A DNA stretch of 63,767 nt from the NCBI GenBank assembly GCA_034780895.1, contig JAUZTB010000048.1, forward strand, positions 16,167,615-16,231,381, written 5' to 3'. The notes beneath the pieces were generated by a model. The model was given only the letters and a program-made list of their open reading frames with translations, ran no database searches and had not been told where the DNA came from. The stretch is from Rhynchobatus australiae. Taxonomy: Eukaryota. How positions within the stretch are numbered: position 1 is the stretch's first letter; every line of letters begins with the position of its first letter. The position numbers and the translations under genes were made by a program. Shown here in pieces: positions 14,391 to 27,300 of this stretch.

Positions 14391-15251
14391 TAAGAATGCG
14401 GTTTAATATCTTCTACTTTACTATATTTGTGTGAGTTTAGTTGTTTAGCTTCAGGGCATGTTGAAGTAATTATATATAATCTTAAACTACAGGCAAAAGT
14501 GGATTTTTTAAAAACTAAATTCCATTTTTGCATTGTGCTCTCTTGTATTGGGAGAGTGGTGAAGAAGAATGGGAAAGTTAGTCCCACAGTTAATTTTGTA
14601 TCTTGCTGATTTTGAAGAATAGTTAGCTGATATATATCTGATGCATATTTGCAAGTGGCCGTGGGCTACTAATACAAGTAGACGGGCTTGACAGGAGATC
14701 AGTACTTGTTTTATCATGCTACAATTGTGATCCACTAGTTGGCAAATCACTTGAATCTTTTGATTTCCATCTCTATGCTTTACTATTTCACAATTTATAA
14801 AGAGGAGTAAACAATTTGACTTGGTTTTCTCCATTTTCCCTTCTAAAACATTTTGCGTTAGTTTTTTTTAAACATTGAAGCATTGTAGCTGATCCTAATC
14901 CTCTTCCAATATCACATGAGCCCTAAGCGCTTTCCAGCAACAGGCCAACAGAAAGGAATCAGAGAAGTGAAGCCTGGCTCATTTCTCCCCTTGCTTTTTC
15001 TAGCACTTTCCTGCCACTGCCTCAGAGTGATGTACAGATCAAAACACTGAGCTTTCTGTCCTGCATGGCTCTGTGCAATATCACTAAATTTGCTTATCAA
15101 TCATTTCCACAATACATTTATTTCCAGAGGTAAAAGATTTGCACACTACAGAATAGCTCTTTTATAGTTGCTGAGGTGTTGCTTCTTGTTTCAGATTAGA
15201 AATTGCAGGAAACATATGAATTGTCTTGTTTCTTCTCCAGCTTCTGTTTAG

Positions 15252-15413
<162 letters not shown>

Positions 15414-16574
15414 TGAAAGNNNNNNNNNNNNNNNNNNNNNNNNNNNNNNNNNNNNNNNNNNNNNNNNNNNNNNNNNNNNNNNNNNNNNNNNNNNNNNNNN
15501 NNNNNNNNNNNNNNNNNNNTAAGCAATAACCATAATGGTATTAAACTGTATACTTACGTCTTAATTTTCATAGCAACACTATAAGTGATGTTATGCCAAT
15601 TGTATGGATGAAGAAACTAAAACCTGAAGAGATTACAGAATTTGTTCATGGGTAAACTGCCTTTTGAGTAAAGCTTAATGACTTAGGATTAATGTTTTGA
15701 TAAATGACTGTTATACATGCTTCAAAAAATAAAATGGTAGGTTGGCAGTACTATTGTATACAAAATTTCTCCCAGTATAATGAAACTGTATGGTGAATAG
15801 ATAGCACTCAGTATGATCATACCAGTATTAAATTTGGGGGGAGGGGAAGTAGTCCTACTACTATGTAAAATTTGTCTTGTATTTCTATGAGAATGAGAGT
15901 TTCAGGTAGGTGCTATTTAATTGAAGTATCTTAAATGATAAGTGTTAGTTCCTATGGTAAAGACTTCAGAATAAAAAGGTGTAATCTAAAATTGGTTTGG
16001 GAATGCTGGAATCAAAACAGAAAGCACTTTTCCTACAGATTGTGGTGAAACCTGGAAACGTTATGTGGGTGGACAACTTTTAAGGTTACAGGGGATACAG
16101 TATATCAAGGGATTTAGTTGAGTAAATGGACGCAGTAGAAATCAGCCGTGATCTAACTGAATGGTGGAACCAGCTCAAGGAGCTGAATGGCTTCCTTGTG
16201 CTCCTAGTTATTATCTATTTTTTAGACATTGTATGTTTAAATCTTAATTCTAATTGAATTAGTTTGGTCCATTTTAACAAGTTACAAATAATTGTGAAGA
16301 AAAGAGGCCCTTACTCAAAAATTACTTTCATGTTCTATGGGAATGATTAGGGACACGTGTTAAATGTAAAATAGATGTGATTCATATAGTATCAAGTGTG
16401 GAATTGGAGGTAATTTTATTAGCATGGATTGAGGATTGGTTAATTATCAGGAAAAATATGTAGCATGGGGCAGTTTTTTGGCAGCATGCATATATTCTGT
16501 GATATGTTCCGAATTTTCATCTACATTTAACAACATTAAAGAAGGAGGATGGAAATATCTTAAGTTAAGAGATA

Positions 16575-16861
16575 TCTTTATTAGTCACATGTGCATCGAA
16601 ACACACAGTGAAATGCATCTTTTGCATAGTGTTCTGGGGGCAGCCCACAGTCTATACCACGTTTCCAGTGCCAACATAGCATGCCCACAACTTCCTAACC
16701 CGTATGCCTTTGGAATGTGGGAGGAAACTGGAGCACCCAGAGGAAACCCACACAGACACAGGGAGAACACACAAACTCCTTACAGACAACAGCTGGAATT
16801 GAACTCAGGTCAATGGCGCTGTAATAGCATTACGCTAACCACTACACTACCATACCTGCCC
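16575..16861 (-). mobile_element. Near full-length tRNA-derived SINE (HE1/V-SINE-like)
   Basis: Minus-strand A-box-like TGGTAGTGTAGTGG (16839-16852) and B box GAGTTCAATTCC (16795-16806), followed by V-domain-like gtgggtttcctctgggtgctccagtttcctcccaca. Confidence 0.8.
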
Positions 16862-17185
16862 TATAAAATTAATGCCTTACATTATGATAGCAGGTTTATA
16901 ATAATTGTAATAATTCTTGTTTGAATAAGGATGAGTTTAGCTAAAACATGGTTAAATTTGTATTGGAATGAAAAATACAGCCATTCTGATTTCTATGAGT
17001 CATAGTGAATGATGTCATGTAATAAATTGACAGAAAAAACAGTGGGCAAAAGAAATTAATCAAAATTATATTTCCAGTGTCCCAGATACATTAAAAATGT
17101 ATTTACATTAATAAAATTTGGGTCTGTAGAATTAGCAGATAATGTAGTGCTGGTCCATTTCTTATTCCTGAAGGCACTCATGTAG

Positions 17186-17383
<198 letters not shown>

Positions 17384-17534
17384 TCAAAACTAATATTTGG
17401 TGCTGAAATACTATGTATCCAGAATGTCTTAAGACAAGATTTGTATTGTTTCCCTACTTCACAACCTCATTGTAAATTCCAATCTGTACAAAACTGTAGC
17501 ACACCTCCAGTGAGTGAACAATTGTATAATATGA

Positions 17535-17540
17535 AATAAA
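17535..17540 (+). terminator. DPM1: Likely DPM1 polyadenylation signal (AATAAA)
   Basis: First AATAAA about 150 nt after the stop, followed by GT/T-rich sequence. Confidence 0.6.
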
Positions 17541-20500
17541 TCATTCCGGTCTTTGAATAAGGCTGTTGTTAAATATTAATTTTGTTTGACTCATTTTAAT
17601 GCTGATAGCTCTCCTGCCATAAATCATATTGCTGAATTGTTTTGTCTATTTTGTAACTAGTTAAGAATACAGGCATAGTCTTATTTTGACTTATCACTAA
17701 TACTGCNNNNNNNNNNNNNNNNNNNNNNNNNNNNNNNNNNNNNNNNNNNNNNNNNNNNNNNNNNNNNNNNNNNNNNNNNNNNNNNNNNNNNNNNNNNNNN
17801 NNNNNNNNNNNNNNNNNNNNNNNNNNNNNNNNNNNNNNNNNNNNNNNNNNNNNNNNNNNNNNNNNNNNNNNNNNNNNNNNNNNNNNNNNNNNNNNNNNNN
17901 NNNNNNNNNNNNNNNNNNNNNNNNNNNNNNNNNNNNNNNNNNNNNNNNATTTAACATTATGTTCTGAAAATTTACACATACAAATTCTAATATAATTAGC
18001 AATTTATTCTTATTTTCTGAAAAACAATGCAGGACATTCTGAGAGTTCCAAGGGTTTCCATCAACTAAATTTCCAGGTATTTTCTAAATTATGATTAGAA
18101 ATAACAATTTTGATTATGTTTTCAGATTTATTTTTTTCACTTTCCATTGGTTATTTACTTGTATTCATTTTAATTATGTATATTATCTTTCCTAGAGGAA
18201 TAATCATTCAATTCTCAGATAAATTAAAATGTACCAATATCTACATGAACATTCATGCAAGTACAATATTTTCCATGCTGACAGATCCTGTTGGGTATAG
18301 GTTTATTTGTTTCACTTTTGTGTCTATTGCCTCAGTAATTCTATCTGCTAGAATTTTGTATCCCTCTAGATCTTTAGTGTTATTCAGAAAGTTTGCTTTC
18401 AAGGTTATCTCAATCTTACAATAAAGTTGGTAGAAGGAAGTACAATGTTGTGTTTTATTTGGCTGTTACTACAATTAATGAACTTCCTAGATTTCACTCG
18501 GCATCTTCACTAAGCAGGCTATTGCTGAACTCTTACTGTGATGGGAATTACACCTGTAAACTAGCATTCTTGTTAACATGTGATACCACAGAAAGTAAGT
18601 TTATCTAAAATTGGTATAGGTTTTACTTTCAATAGGACATGCTTGGCATTTGTTGATTTATGCATGTTTGTAGTCAAAACGTCATAATTTTGAGTTAATT
18701 ATTTATTTTAATTAGGATCCTGAAATGTTAATCTTACAACTTTGCATCATTTCAGGTTATTGGTGAAAATTGCACAGGTATGTTTATTGCATAGTCTTAT
18801 TGAAAAATTACATTGCATGTTCACTTAATTGATCTGTGCTGTGGTTTGGAGTGCTGTTTGGTGTATTATAACGTAAAGCCATAATTTGTTTCACCTTCTG
18901 TTAATATGATGTAGAATTTTTTCACATTGAATTCTGTTTGCCTTTTAGTTCTGTCTAAACAAAATGATTTTCTTTAACTAGATTCTTACACATTTGACCA
19001 GATACTGATTAACTGTTGAAAATAACTGTTCTTGGATCTGTTATATACATTTGATTGTGGTGAGTAAACAAATTATCCGTTTACAACTACCAAATTCTTT
19101 TGTATTTTTATGAAACAAGTTTGATTTTGCAGGTACTTATTCAGGATGCTAACTAGGTACTGTCTTTGCACTTAAATATGGTTCTGAAATGTGTGACTGT
19201 ATTTTTGTTCCAATGGAGTAACTAGACAATTATCATCAAACCAAGATAACCTCCACTGTTAGCCACAATGCACGTCATACCACATGTAGATAGAAATCTT
19301 TCTAGTAACCTATTTTTAAACGCCCGTGTAAAAGCAATGTGTATTTGTTTTTGTATGAAGATTTCAAGAAATAGTTCCCTAAATGTATTGTAAATAACAT
19401 TTTACTAAATTAATGAAAAGGCTGTGTTTTAGAACAAGTGTTTATTCCTAAAATTCTGGATCTAAATGTACATCACAAATAAAATCTTTAGAAAGCAGGA
19501 AGTATATCAGCTTTCACACCTTCTATGTCCTAAAACAGCTTTACAAGCTATAGATTGTATTGAAGTACCATGATTATTACGTCAGGCAGAGTGGTAGGTA
19601 ATTTATACACAAAAGGATGAATAAATAATTGCTGTATTTGGAATGATACACATACACCTGAAGTAGCAGACTGCTCCTTGGTTTAAAGTGTCAATTGAAA
19701 GGCAACATTCAAAGGCGTTCTGGATACATAGTATTTCAAACAAGAAAGGCGTTTGAAATTCTCTCAAAGCACCCATGCAGATTTGATGTTTAAACTTGCA
19801 ATAGTTCTAACATCTATAACTTTATGACTCATGAGACAAACCTGCTAAATTTTGGTTGGAAGTTTAATTAACAACTCCTTTTGTCATTTTGGTTTGCTCA
19901 CAAAGATCTGTGATTGAATAACTTGTTCACTTTTGAAAGGAGAATTGCAGTGTGAGGCTAGTGAAGCTAACAAAAGAGCATCAAAGAATCCATTTAATTT
20001 AGATTTTGAGGAAATGTTAACATTTCACCCCAAAAGTACTGAGTTCAGATAAATACACAAAATTGCCTTGGTGATGGTCTTGAAACATTATTATTGATTG
20101 TATTACACTCAGCATGGGCACTTTCATCTGGACAACAGTAGGCAAAGCACAAGGCAAAGTGCTTGCCTCTCTATAAAATTGTGCTTAGAACAATTTCAAA
20201 TGAGATCAGAAATACCCATCCGAATCATCTTTACATTTAGTCAAGGATCCTGTGTTCTCAAAACAAAAATTTCAAGAAATATACCAAAAATTTCTGATTA
20301 ATTTAAAATGGGACATTTAATTATACTCTAATCAAAACTATAGCACTACAGAAGAATCGAAATGAGAACAAGACTAGATGGGTTGTAGTATAGAATGGTG
20401 GAGTCTGATTGCAATGACCATGAATATTTCTTTGTATGTGTATAAATAAAATGGTCCTTAAAGCTAAGTTTCTGTTCTTCCANNNNNNNNNNNNNNNNNN

Positions 20501-23500
20501 NNNNNNNNNNNNNNNNNNNNNNNNNNNNNNNNNNNNNNNNNNNNNNNNNNNNNNNNNNNNNNNNNNNNNNNNNNNNNNNNNNACAATAATTTGGGCAGGG
20601 GCTCATAAGGTAAGCTCAAAAACTTCCCAACAAAGAAAGATAAATACAAAGCAATAGCCAACTAATATCATAGCCAGTTGGAATCATTGTACATGTAAAT
20701 ATCATGCCATCTGATCTTAGATGAACATTTTTTATCTTTGTGCGTCCAATGTTCTCTTCCACTCTTTGTGAAGAAAGCTAGCTTTGTAAAATAATAAAAC
20801 AAGTTTGTTCCAGTTGTTACTCAAAATGAAATCTAGTATTTCATTTGTCAAAAGATATCTACATTGATAAATAATTCTGGCCTTGGACTTCTAGGTTTCA
20901 TTTGTAAAACAGAAATACTTAAAAAGAAAATACTTTAAGAAATACTTAAAACAAAATTGATGTATGCATGGACATCAAATGGTATTCTGAAGTGAGATTT
21001 TTAAGTGAATTAGTGAATTATAACCAGTAAAAAGTGATTCATCAGCAAATAGTTTACATGAACTATTTACATCATTTCAATATCATGAAGTTATCATCAT
21101 CAATGAATATCATCATTTCCATTCCTTGATAGTATATAACAGGAAAGGTTACCAAAGGTTGTCAAATTTGGGGATTTATAGCATTTTTTGGTCTGCTTTT
21201 GTTCTTAGGAAGGTAACTATGTCATTTGAACAAACTCAATATATTTACCTTATTGGTAAAATTTATGTGGTTATTTGAGGAATAAAAACAAAGACTTTGT
21301 TTGAATCACAGATTATAGTCTCACTTGAAGAACTGGGCATCAGTGGTTGTATGTTCTAGAAGTAAATGAAAATGTAAATTGGAGGTAAATTGATATCTAT
21401 TAAAGTTGGAAGTCAAGTATTTTAACTTTTTTTTATCTCTTTTGTTTATAGTCAGAACCTCAATAAAACCATTTGCCAATGTCCTTTGTTTTGATACACT
21501 CAGGAAATTTTTTAAATCTGATTTTTCATGTTGTGCTTGGGGAATAAACTGGCATACTTACCGAATACATATTTGTACAATTTTTTAACATGACATTCAG
21601 TGAATTTCAAAGAATCTAGCCACAAAGTGGCTGCAGTTCCTAATCTGTCCATGTTAGCTGATGCCAATTGCAGCTTTGTTTCAAGGAATGGAGACATGGA
21701 AAGTGGGAATTTCTGATCTTGTGACAGACAGTTGCCACCTCTGACATAATCTTACAATGAAGTAGCACTGTTAACCATTAAAGTTATGGGGGAGGGTGGG
21801 GGCAGGCGTGGGGTGGTGAGTTCAAGGTGTTATGGTAGGAGAGAGATTGAGAAAGAGTTCCTCTGTTAAACTGTTTTATTTGAAATATTGGTATGTGTCT
21901 CTGAACATATTGTGTTGAAGAGGGAGGGTGGTCATTCATGAATGCTATTCTGTACTGGAATAAGTTGAGAGGATTTTAGAACTGGAGACATAAGAGGACA
22001 ACAATTCTTTTGTGAAGGGAAGAAAATGTGGCCTTTGAGGAAGTGATTGTCCATTTCCAAGATGCATATGAATGAACATAGATTTTACTTTTTGCCCTAA
22101 GAATTTAAGTATTATTTTCAGCTTATTATATAAAATTCACTAGCAACTGCCTTTTGACATATAAAAATGTAAAGACTTCTGATGGAGCATGTTCCTGGAC
22201 TCTCCAGATGGAGTGAACTCTGTGGGGGAGGGGGGAGGAGTTTTACTATTTGTAAAGAGGATGTACAGTTCTAAGTTTGCTATGCAATTTTCATATCATT
22301 TTGTTTTTTTATCTTTGATTAAAAATTGGAATACACTGAAATTATTGATAATAAATTTCAGACTTCTTTACATAGACCATAATGGAATTTTGACACTGAT
22401 TTCTTTGAGAATCTTTTCTGTTTAGGTATCGCCTAATAACATTAAGGATCTTTGTTAATGTAAATTGCTTATTTTCTCAGGATTATTTATGACCAATTTG
22501 ACAAATACCTCTTCAACTCATAGGTTATTTTTGGGAAGAAAATTATAATTTTAAAGTTTTTTAACTTTCTGAAAATGATTTAAGTACTAGTAGATGGGTA
22601 CTATTGGTTTAAAAATGTTCTACCATTAATGTTAAGTAGTTACAAAATATTTTCAACTGCATTTAGATAACATGGTTGCTATCAGAACCATTGCTAATCC
22701 ACAATCCATTTATTTTAATGATTAGGTACCATTCTGAGTTAAGACAGAAAATGCTGGTAATACTTAGCAGACCAGGCAGCATCTGTGGAGAGAAAAGCAG
22801 ATTTGACGTTTCAGATCCTATGATTTTTTTTCATCATTTTCACATGGCTGTAGAATTGGATTCTTTTTGTTGAAATTAGTTATGTTCAGATTCCAACTAC
22901 AAGAATTCTTCCATATATTTGAAAGATTAACATAATTATATAATTGTCACATCACATTCACTATGAGTATGTATCCATATTTCATTGTTTCAAAGTTGTT
23001 AGTTAACATTTTCATTAAAATAGGCCTTGTTAAAAATTGTGGTTTAGTCATGAAACTTTGTCAGCTCATCATCTGTAATATATAATTGGAGATGTTAACC
23101 ACTTGTTTAACCATATTATGCAATTCAAGGATATGATCTCAAATAGTGTAACTTTTGACTGTCTGATTTATTACTACTCATGAGTGTCAACCTGCACAAA
23201 TGTTGGGCTTTCATTGTTGGATTGAATGGTTCAATGCTTTATTTTAAGCCTCATCTTTTCATAATTACATGAAGATGCCTAAACCTGCAACTCTCCTGCC
23301 ATCTCTGTGAGCCAGGGGTGGCAATGTCACGTGTCTCAAGTAACAGAGCCTCAACAGTGTGAGCACCAGCAGCAGCCTCCTCCTCCTTCTCTCAAGTTGC
23401 GACCTCCTGGTGTAACAAAATGGATGACTTCCCACCACCATCTCAGAAAGTAGTGCTGGCCCAGGCGGGAGGCGCAGGGATAACCCAGCTGCTGAATCAG

Positions 23501-23612
23501 GTTGTGTGCTGAGGTCTGTGACTGCACGCCGAGCAGATGGAGGCGCCAGATGCCCTAGTCCGCACCTGCGCAGTCGCTTGCCCCGCCGGCAACCGAAGGG
23601 CCGGGTGAAACG

Positions 23613-23631
23613 TAGCGCCCCCTCCTGGCCG
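23613..23631 (-). promoter_or_regulatory. CTCF-like motif
   Basis: Minus strand reads CGGCCAGGAGGGGGCGCTA versus the consensus TGGCCACCAGGGGGCGCTA. Confidence 0.55.
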
Positions 23632-23666
23632 GCCCAAGAGCCTCGTTCTCGCACGCCTGGCTACAG

Positions 23667-23678
23667 TTCTCGCGAGAA
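23667..23678. promoter_or_regulatory. CGCG element (BANP / formerly ZBTB33 motif), perfect palindrome TTCTCGCGAGAA
   Basis: Exact TCTCGCGAGA at 23668-23677 inside the CpG island. Confidence 0.65.
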
Positions 23679-23834
23679 TATACTGAGGGTGCTTATGCAA
23701 CATGAACTGATCCCATTGTTCCACCAATGCCCCCCCTGTGAACCACCGCTGGCAGAAATGGGACTGCTAGTGGCGGGCAATAGCCTCGAAGTTTGGAGGA
23801 ATTGCCCTGAAAGTAATGCTCAACTCTGCTCTCT

Positions 23835-23902
23835 ATTGGACAATAGTCCCCTATGCAAATAAAGCGCGCACGTCACTTCCGTTCTTTCTCGGTCGCCATT
23901 TT
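23835..23902 (+). promoter_or_regulatory. Core promoter motif cluster: inverted CCAAT, octamer, overlapping ETS/CRE half-site, YY1
   Basis: ATTGG 23835-23839; ATGCAAAT 23853-23860; CGTCACTTCCG 23871-23881; CGCCATTTT 23894-23902. Confidence 0.6.
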
Positions 23903-24346
23903 GGCCAGGGGAGGCTCAGTGAATTATTGTCGGCGAGAGGCTGAATGTTCGCCCCCCCGTCCCCCCTCGCCCGCCGCCCGCCACCAACTGGTCGCTCCCC
24001 AGAAAAGTTCGCTCGCTCGCCCTCGGGTCTTTTCTGTTCAAATTCCGGCGGCCGCTGAGGTGCGGCGGCGTCCGGTTGTCTTTTTTTTCTGTTGTTGCCC
24101 CCTCTCCTCCCTCCAGCCCGCCCGCCCCCCTCCCCTCGCTCTCCCTGAGGAAACAGCTCCCTCTCTCCGCGGCCGCTGGAAGCACCGCCGCCCGGGCTGG
24201 CGCTGAGGAGACTGAAGCGGCGGCGGGAGGAGGGAGGCCCTTTGTTTGCGGCTCCGCGCTTCTTCTCGCTGCTGCCGCTCCGGCCGGCCGGCCGGCTCCC
24301 GCTCACCTCCGCCCGTCAGACCACATAAAGAAACAAAAACCGCAAG
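23880..24346 (+). other. ADNP: Putative non-coding first exon of ADNP (start approximate)
   Basis: Follows the core promoter motifs and ends at a strong donor, CAAG|GTGAGG (24347), where GC content drops. Confidence 0.6.
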
Positions 24347-27300
24347 GTGAGGACGTTTCTCTCTTTTTTTTCCTTCTTAACAAGTTTTATCTACATCTAT
24401 AAAACCCGAGATTTTTTTTTCTCTCTGCGAACACAAAATAGTCCAAAAGAGGAGAAAGGAAAGAAGGGGGGAAAAAACCCCACACCGATTCTAAAATGGG
24501 TTTAGGGAAAAAAAAGCTGGAGCAGTGTGCGTGATGCATGCAAGTAGTTCTCCTTTATCTTCAGCAATTGGCACTTTATTTGTGGACAAAGATGAATCGA
24601 CCTAAGGTAGAGATCCAGCTGCAACGATTGCTTTATCCTATTTTGTATGCTGCCTATTCGCATGATTAAAAAAAATGCATTAACGCCCGGATTTTTGATT
24701 AATTTGCCAAATGCACATTTTGTTAGCAAACACCAGTTGTACTAATCAATCATTTATAATTGACAATCATTTGTGTGTTTACTGTACTTCAAAGTTAGGT
24801 GGGGATTCAGATATTAGTATAATATACTATGTATCGATTTGATGTATATATGATAGGTCAAGTCACCCAATCGATGTTAGTGTTACCTTTCTTAATCGTG
24901 GATTACAATATTACCTAAAAGTCTTTCTCAAAGCTGGATGGATAAGGTATTTTAGTTTTTTTTAAGAGGCTCCCGTGTTTCGAGGTTGTTTGATCTATGG
25001 GTAAATTAGTTCAGTTCATTTCGAGCTCCCTCAAAATCAGCGCTATTCTAGACATTCAAAATATAAAATAGTAATTGTTACCGGTTATCCTCTGTGAGGC
25101 ATCAGTCGTGATTCTGATCGAACATTTGTTTACACGTTTGCTCAATACCTTTTCTAGTGCTCTATGGTCTTTAGACAGCATGTTCAACCAATCCAGACAG
25201 CAAGGAACGCCCTAGACAGAAGACGGGGTGGATGGAAACTGTGATTTAATTTATTTGTTAATTTACATACAAGTATTCACGTGAGTTCACTCGGTGACAG
25301 TTCTGCATATTTTATGATGCTGATAATATTAGGGATGGGATAAGTTGACGATGATAATGTTAAAATGTGCACCTCTGGACTGGTTGCCGGCTGTGACGTT
25401 GCTGTAAAATGGCGCGAGTACTGCTCCACTGCAGACATGAATAGATCTAGGGATCCCCAGTTTTGTAATTGCTTAAGTAGAAATGTTTAGCACGTGTTCT
25501 TTGGAGAAATCTTATCGTGATCCAACCGTTATCAGGTCCAGAATGATGCAAAACACAAGACCAGTGTTCAGGAAAAGGCACTTAGAACTGTTAAGCATCA
25601 AATAAAATAGTTCATTTTTCTTCTGGTTCTTGTGTTGTTTTCAAATCCATTTCAGTTGTTGTGTTTTCTGTGTAATCTGATGGCAAAACAATTTTCCCAT
25701 TCTTGCGTGCATAGCCGCCCCCACCCATATTGTAATGCAGCCATGCAGAAAATGAAAATCAATACTGGGTGCAGCAGGAGGCGCTCTTCAGGAGCGGGTT
25801 TGGAGGCTCCAGATGCAGGATGAGGAGTGATCAGGGAAAGAAATGCTGAGAGAGGAAAAGGTTGGCGCTCCCAGGACAGCGCCACCTGTAGCTTCAATGC
25901 CGAAAATGGTGACTGAATACTTTGGGTTGCATATAAAGCACAGTCTGACATGTGGATTGCAAGAATGCATTTAATTCACTAAGACCTCACCAGATAATGT
26001 TTTCACGTCCATTTTCAGGAATACATAATGATTTACTTATGACCAAGCCCCATATTGAATGTGTCCATATTATTGACACCTTGTCTGCATAACTGGATGC
26101 ATTTGATGACAATCAGTACAAGGCAAAATATGCATTCGTGAAAAATGATGAGGGTGAAATTGAGGTTTTGGATATTATAGAATAACTACTAGCTGTGATT
26201 TGTCAGTTCAGTCAAGCTGTTTGGTTACTCCCATTGTCCAAAGAGTGATCATGTGAGTTGGAGTTTTCAAAAGATGTTTTGTACTTTTAAATTCATTGAT
26301 GTAGTGATATATCAGCAGTAATCAAATATGTTCTGCCCTTGCATATTTGTGTGCCACAGCAGCAGCAAAAATATTATTTTGATAGCCCTCTACACTACTC
26401 TGTCAACTTAAATAAGACATCATCTGAGTTATTTATCAGGGAATCAACTAGTTTCAGGTAACAGTTTAGTTATCTAAATTTTGAACTATGCAATCTATTT
26501 AACAGATTTTTGTCATGAACCAATTTTGCAGAGTAGTATGTGATCCTATCAAATATCTTGAATCTATTGTATTTGGTGTGGCTGTATGGGAGAATGTGAT
26601 ATATTAGAATTGTCCACCAAATATTAGAAACGCTAATGGTTTTTCTAGTTCTTCATCTAGGAAGTAAAAGTTTATATAGAAATTAAGATTTGGGATTGTA
26701 AGTATATGCTTAGTAAATACTAAGGTGTAGCTGGATACCATTTATCTTCAGCCCAATTCAGTCTTTAGTAGCTATGTACATGGTTTTTGTTCTCCCCACC
26801 CACTTTTCACTATACATTTCCAGAGTTGAGAGTTTCAGTGAGGAATGTCTTTGTAGTTTTTTTTAAAGTTATACATTTCTATTTGTTTTGCAATGCGCTT
26901 TTCTCTTTTTTTGCTTTTGTGGCTTGGGCTAAGCTTTACAAGATTGGCTTTTCGTATCTCAGCCAAATGGCTAATGAACTTGGCTATACAATTCTAAATC
27001 CATTAACTTGCAAAGCTTCATCTTATTGGCAAAGCTTCATCTTATTGGCATCTGATATCACTTTTCATGTACTTTCCAACAGAGACTACTGGAAAGTAAC
27101 TACCCCCACCCCTCAACCATCAGAGTGAAATAATGGGAAAAGCTCCATTAATGCCTGACTGAGAATAGCTGACTGGTCATATGGTTGCCATCAAAATAAT
27201 ATGCCACTNNNNNNNNNNNNNNNNNNTCAATCACATAAATTTACCAACTGAACCATTGTGTGGGCTGAAGAGCTAATTCTTAAATTCCACGTATGCATTA

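Larger units (their letters stand above)
23450..24350 (+). promoter_or_regulatory. ADNP: CpG island / ADNP promoter
   Basis: The only strongly GC- and CpG-rich block in an AT-rich window. Contains TCTCGCGAGA, ATTGG, ATGCAAAT, CGTCACTTCCG and CGCCATTTT motifs and lies upstream of the ADNP coding exons. Confidence 0.85.

Noticed and set aside
16780-16861. tRNA gene
   Set aside because: The A and B boxes belong to a SINE head; there is no convincing cloverleaf and a SINE body follows.
23265-24402. Cluster of 76-151 aa Arg/Pro/Gly-rich ORFs on both strands
   Set aside because: Expected from stop-codon scarcity in a CpG island; no recognisable domain.
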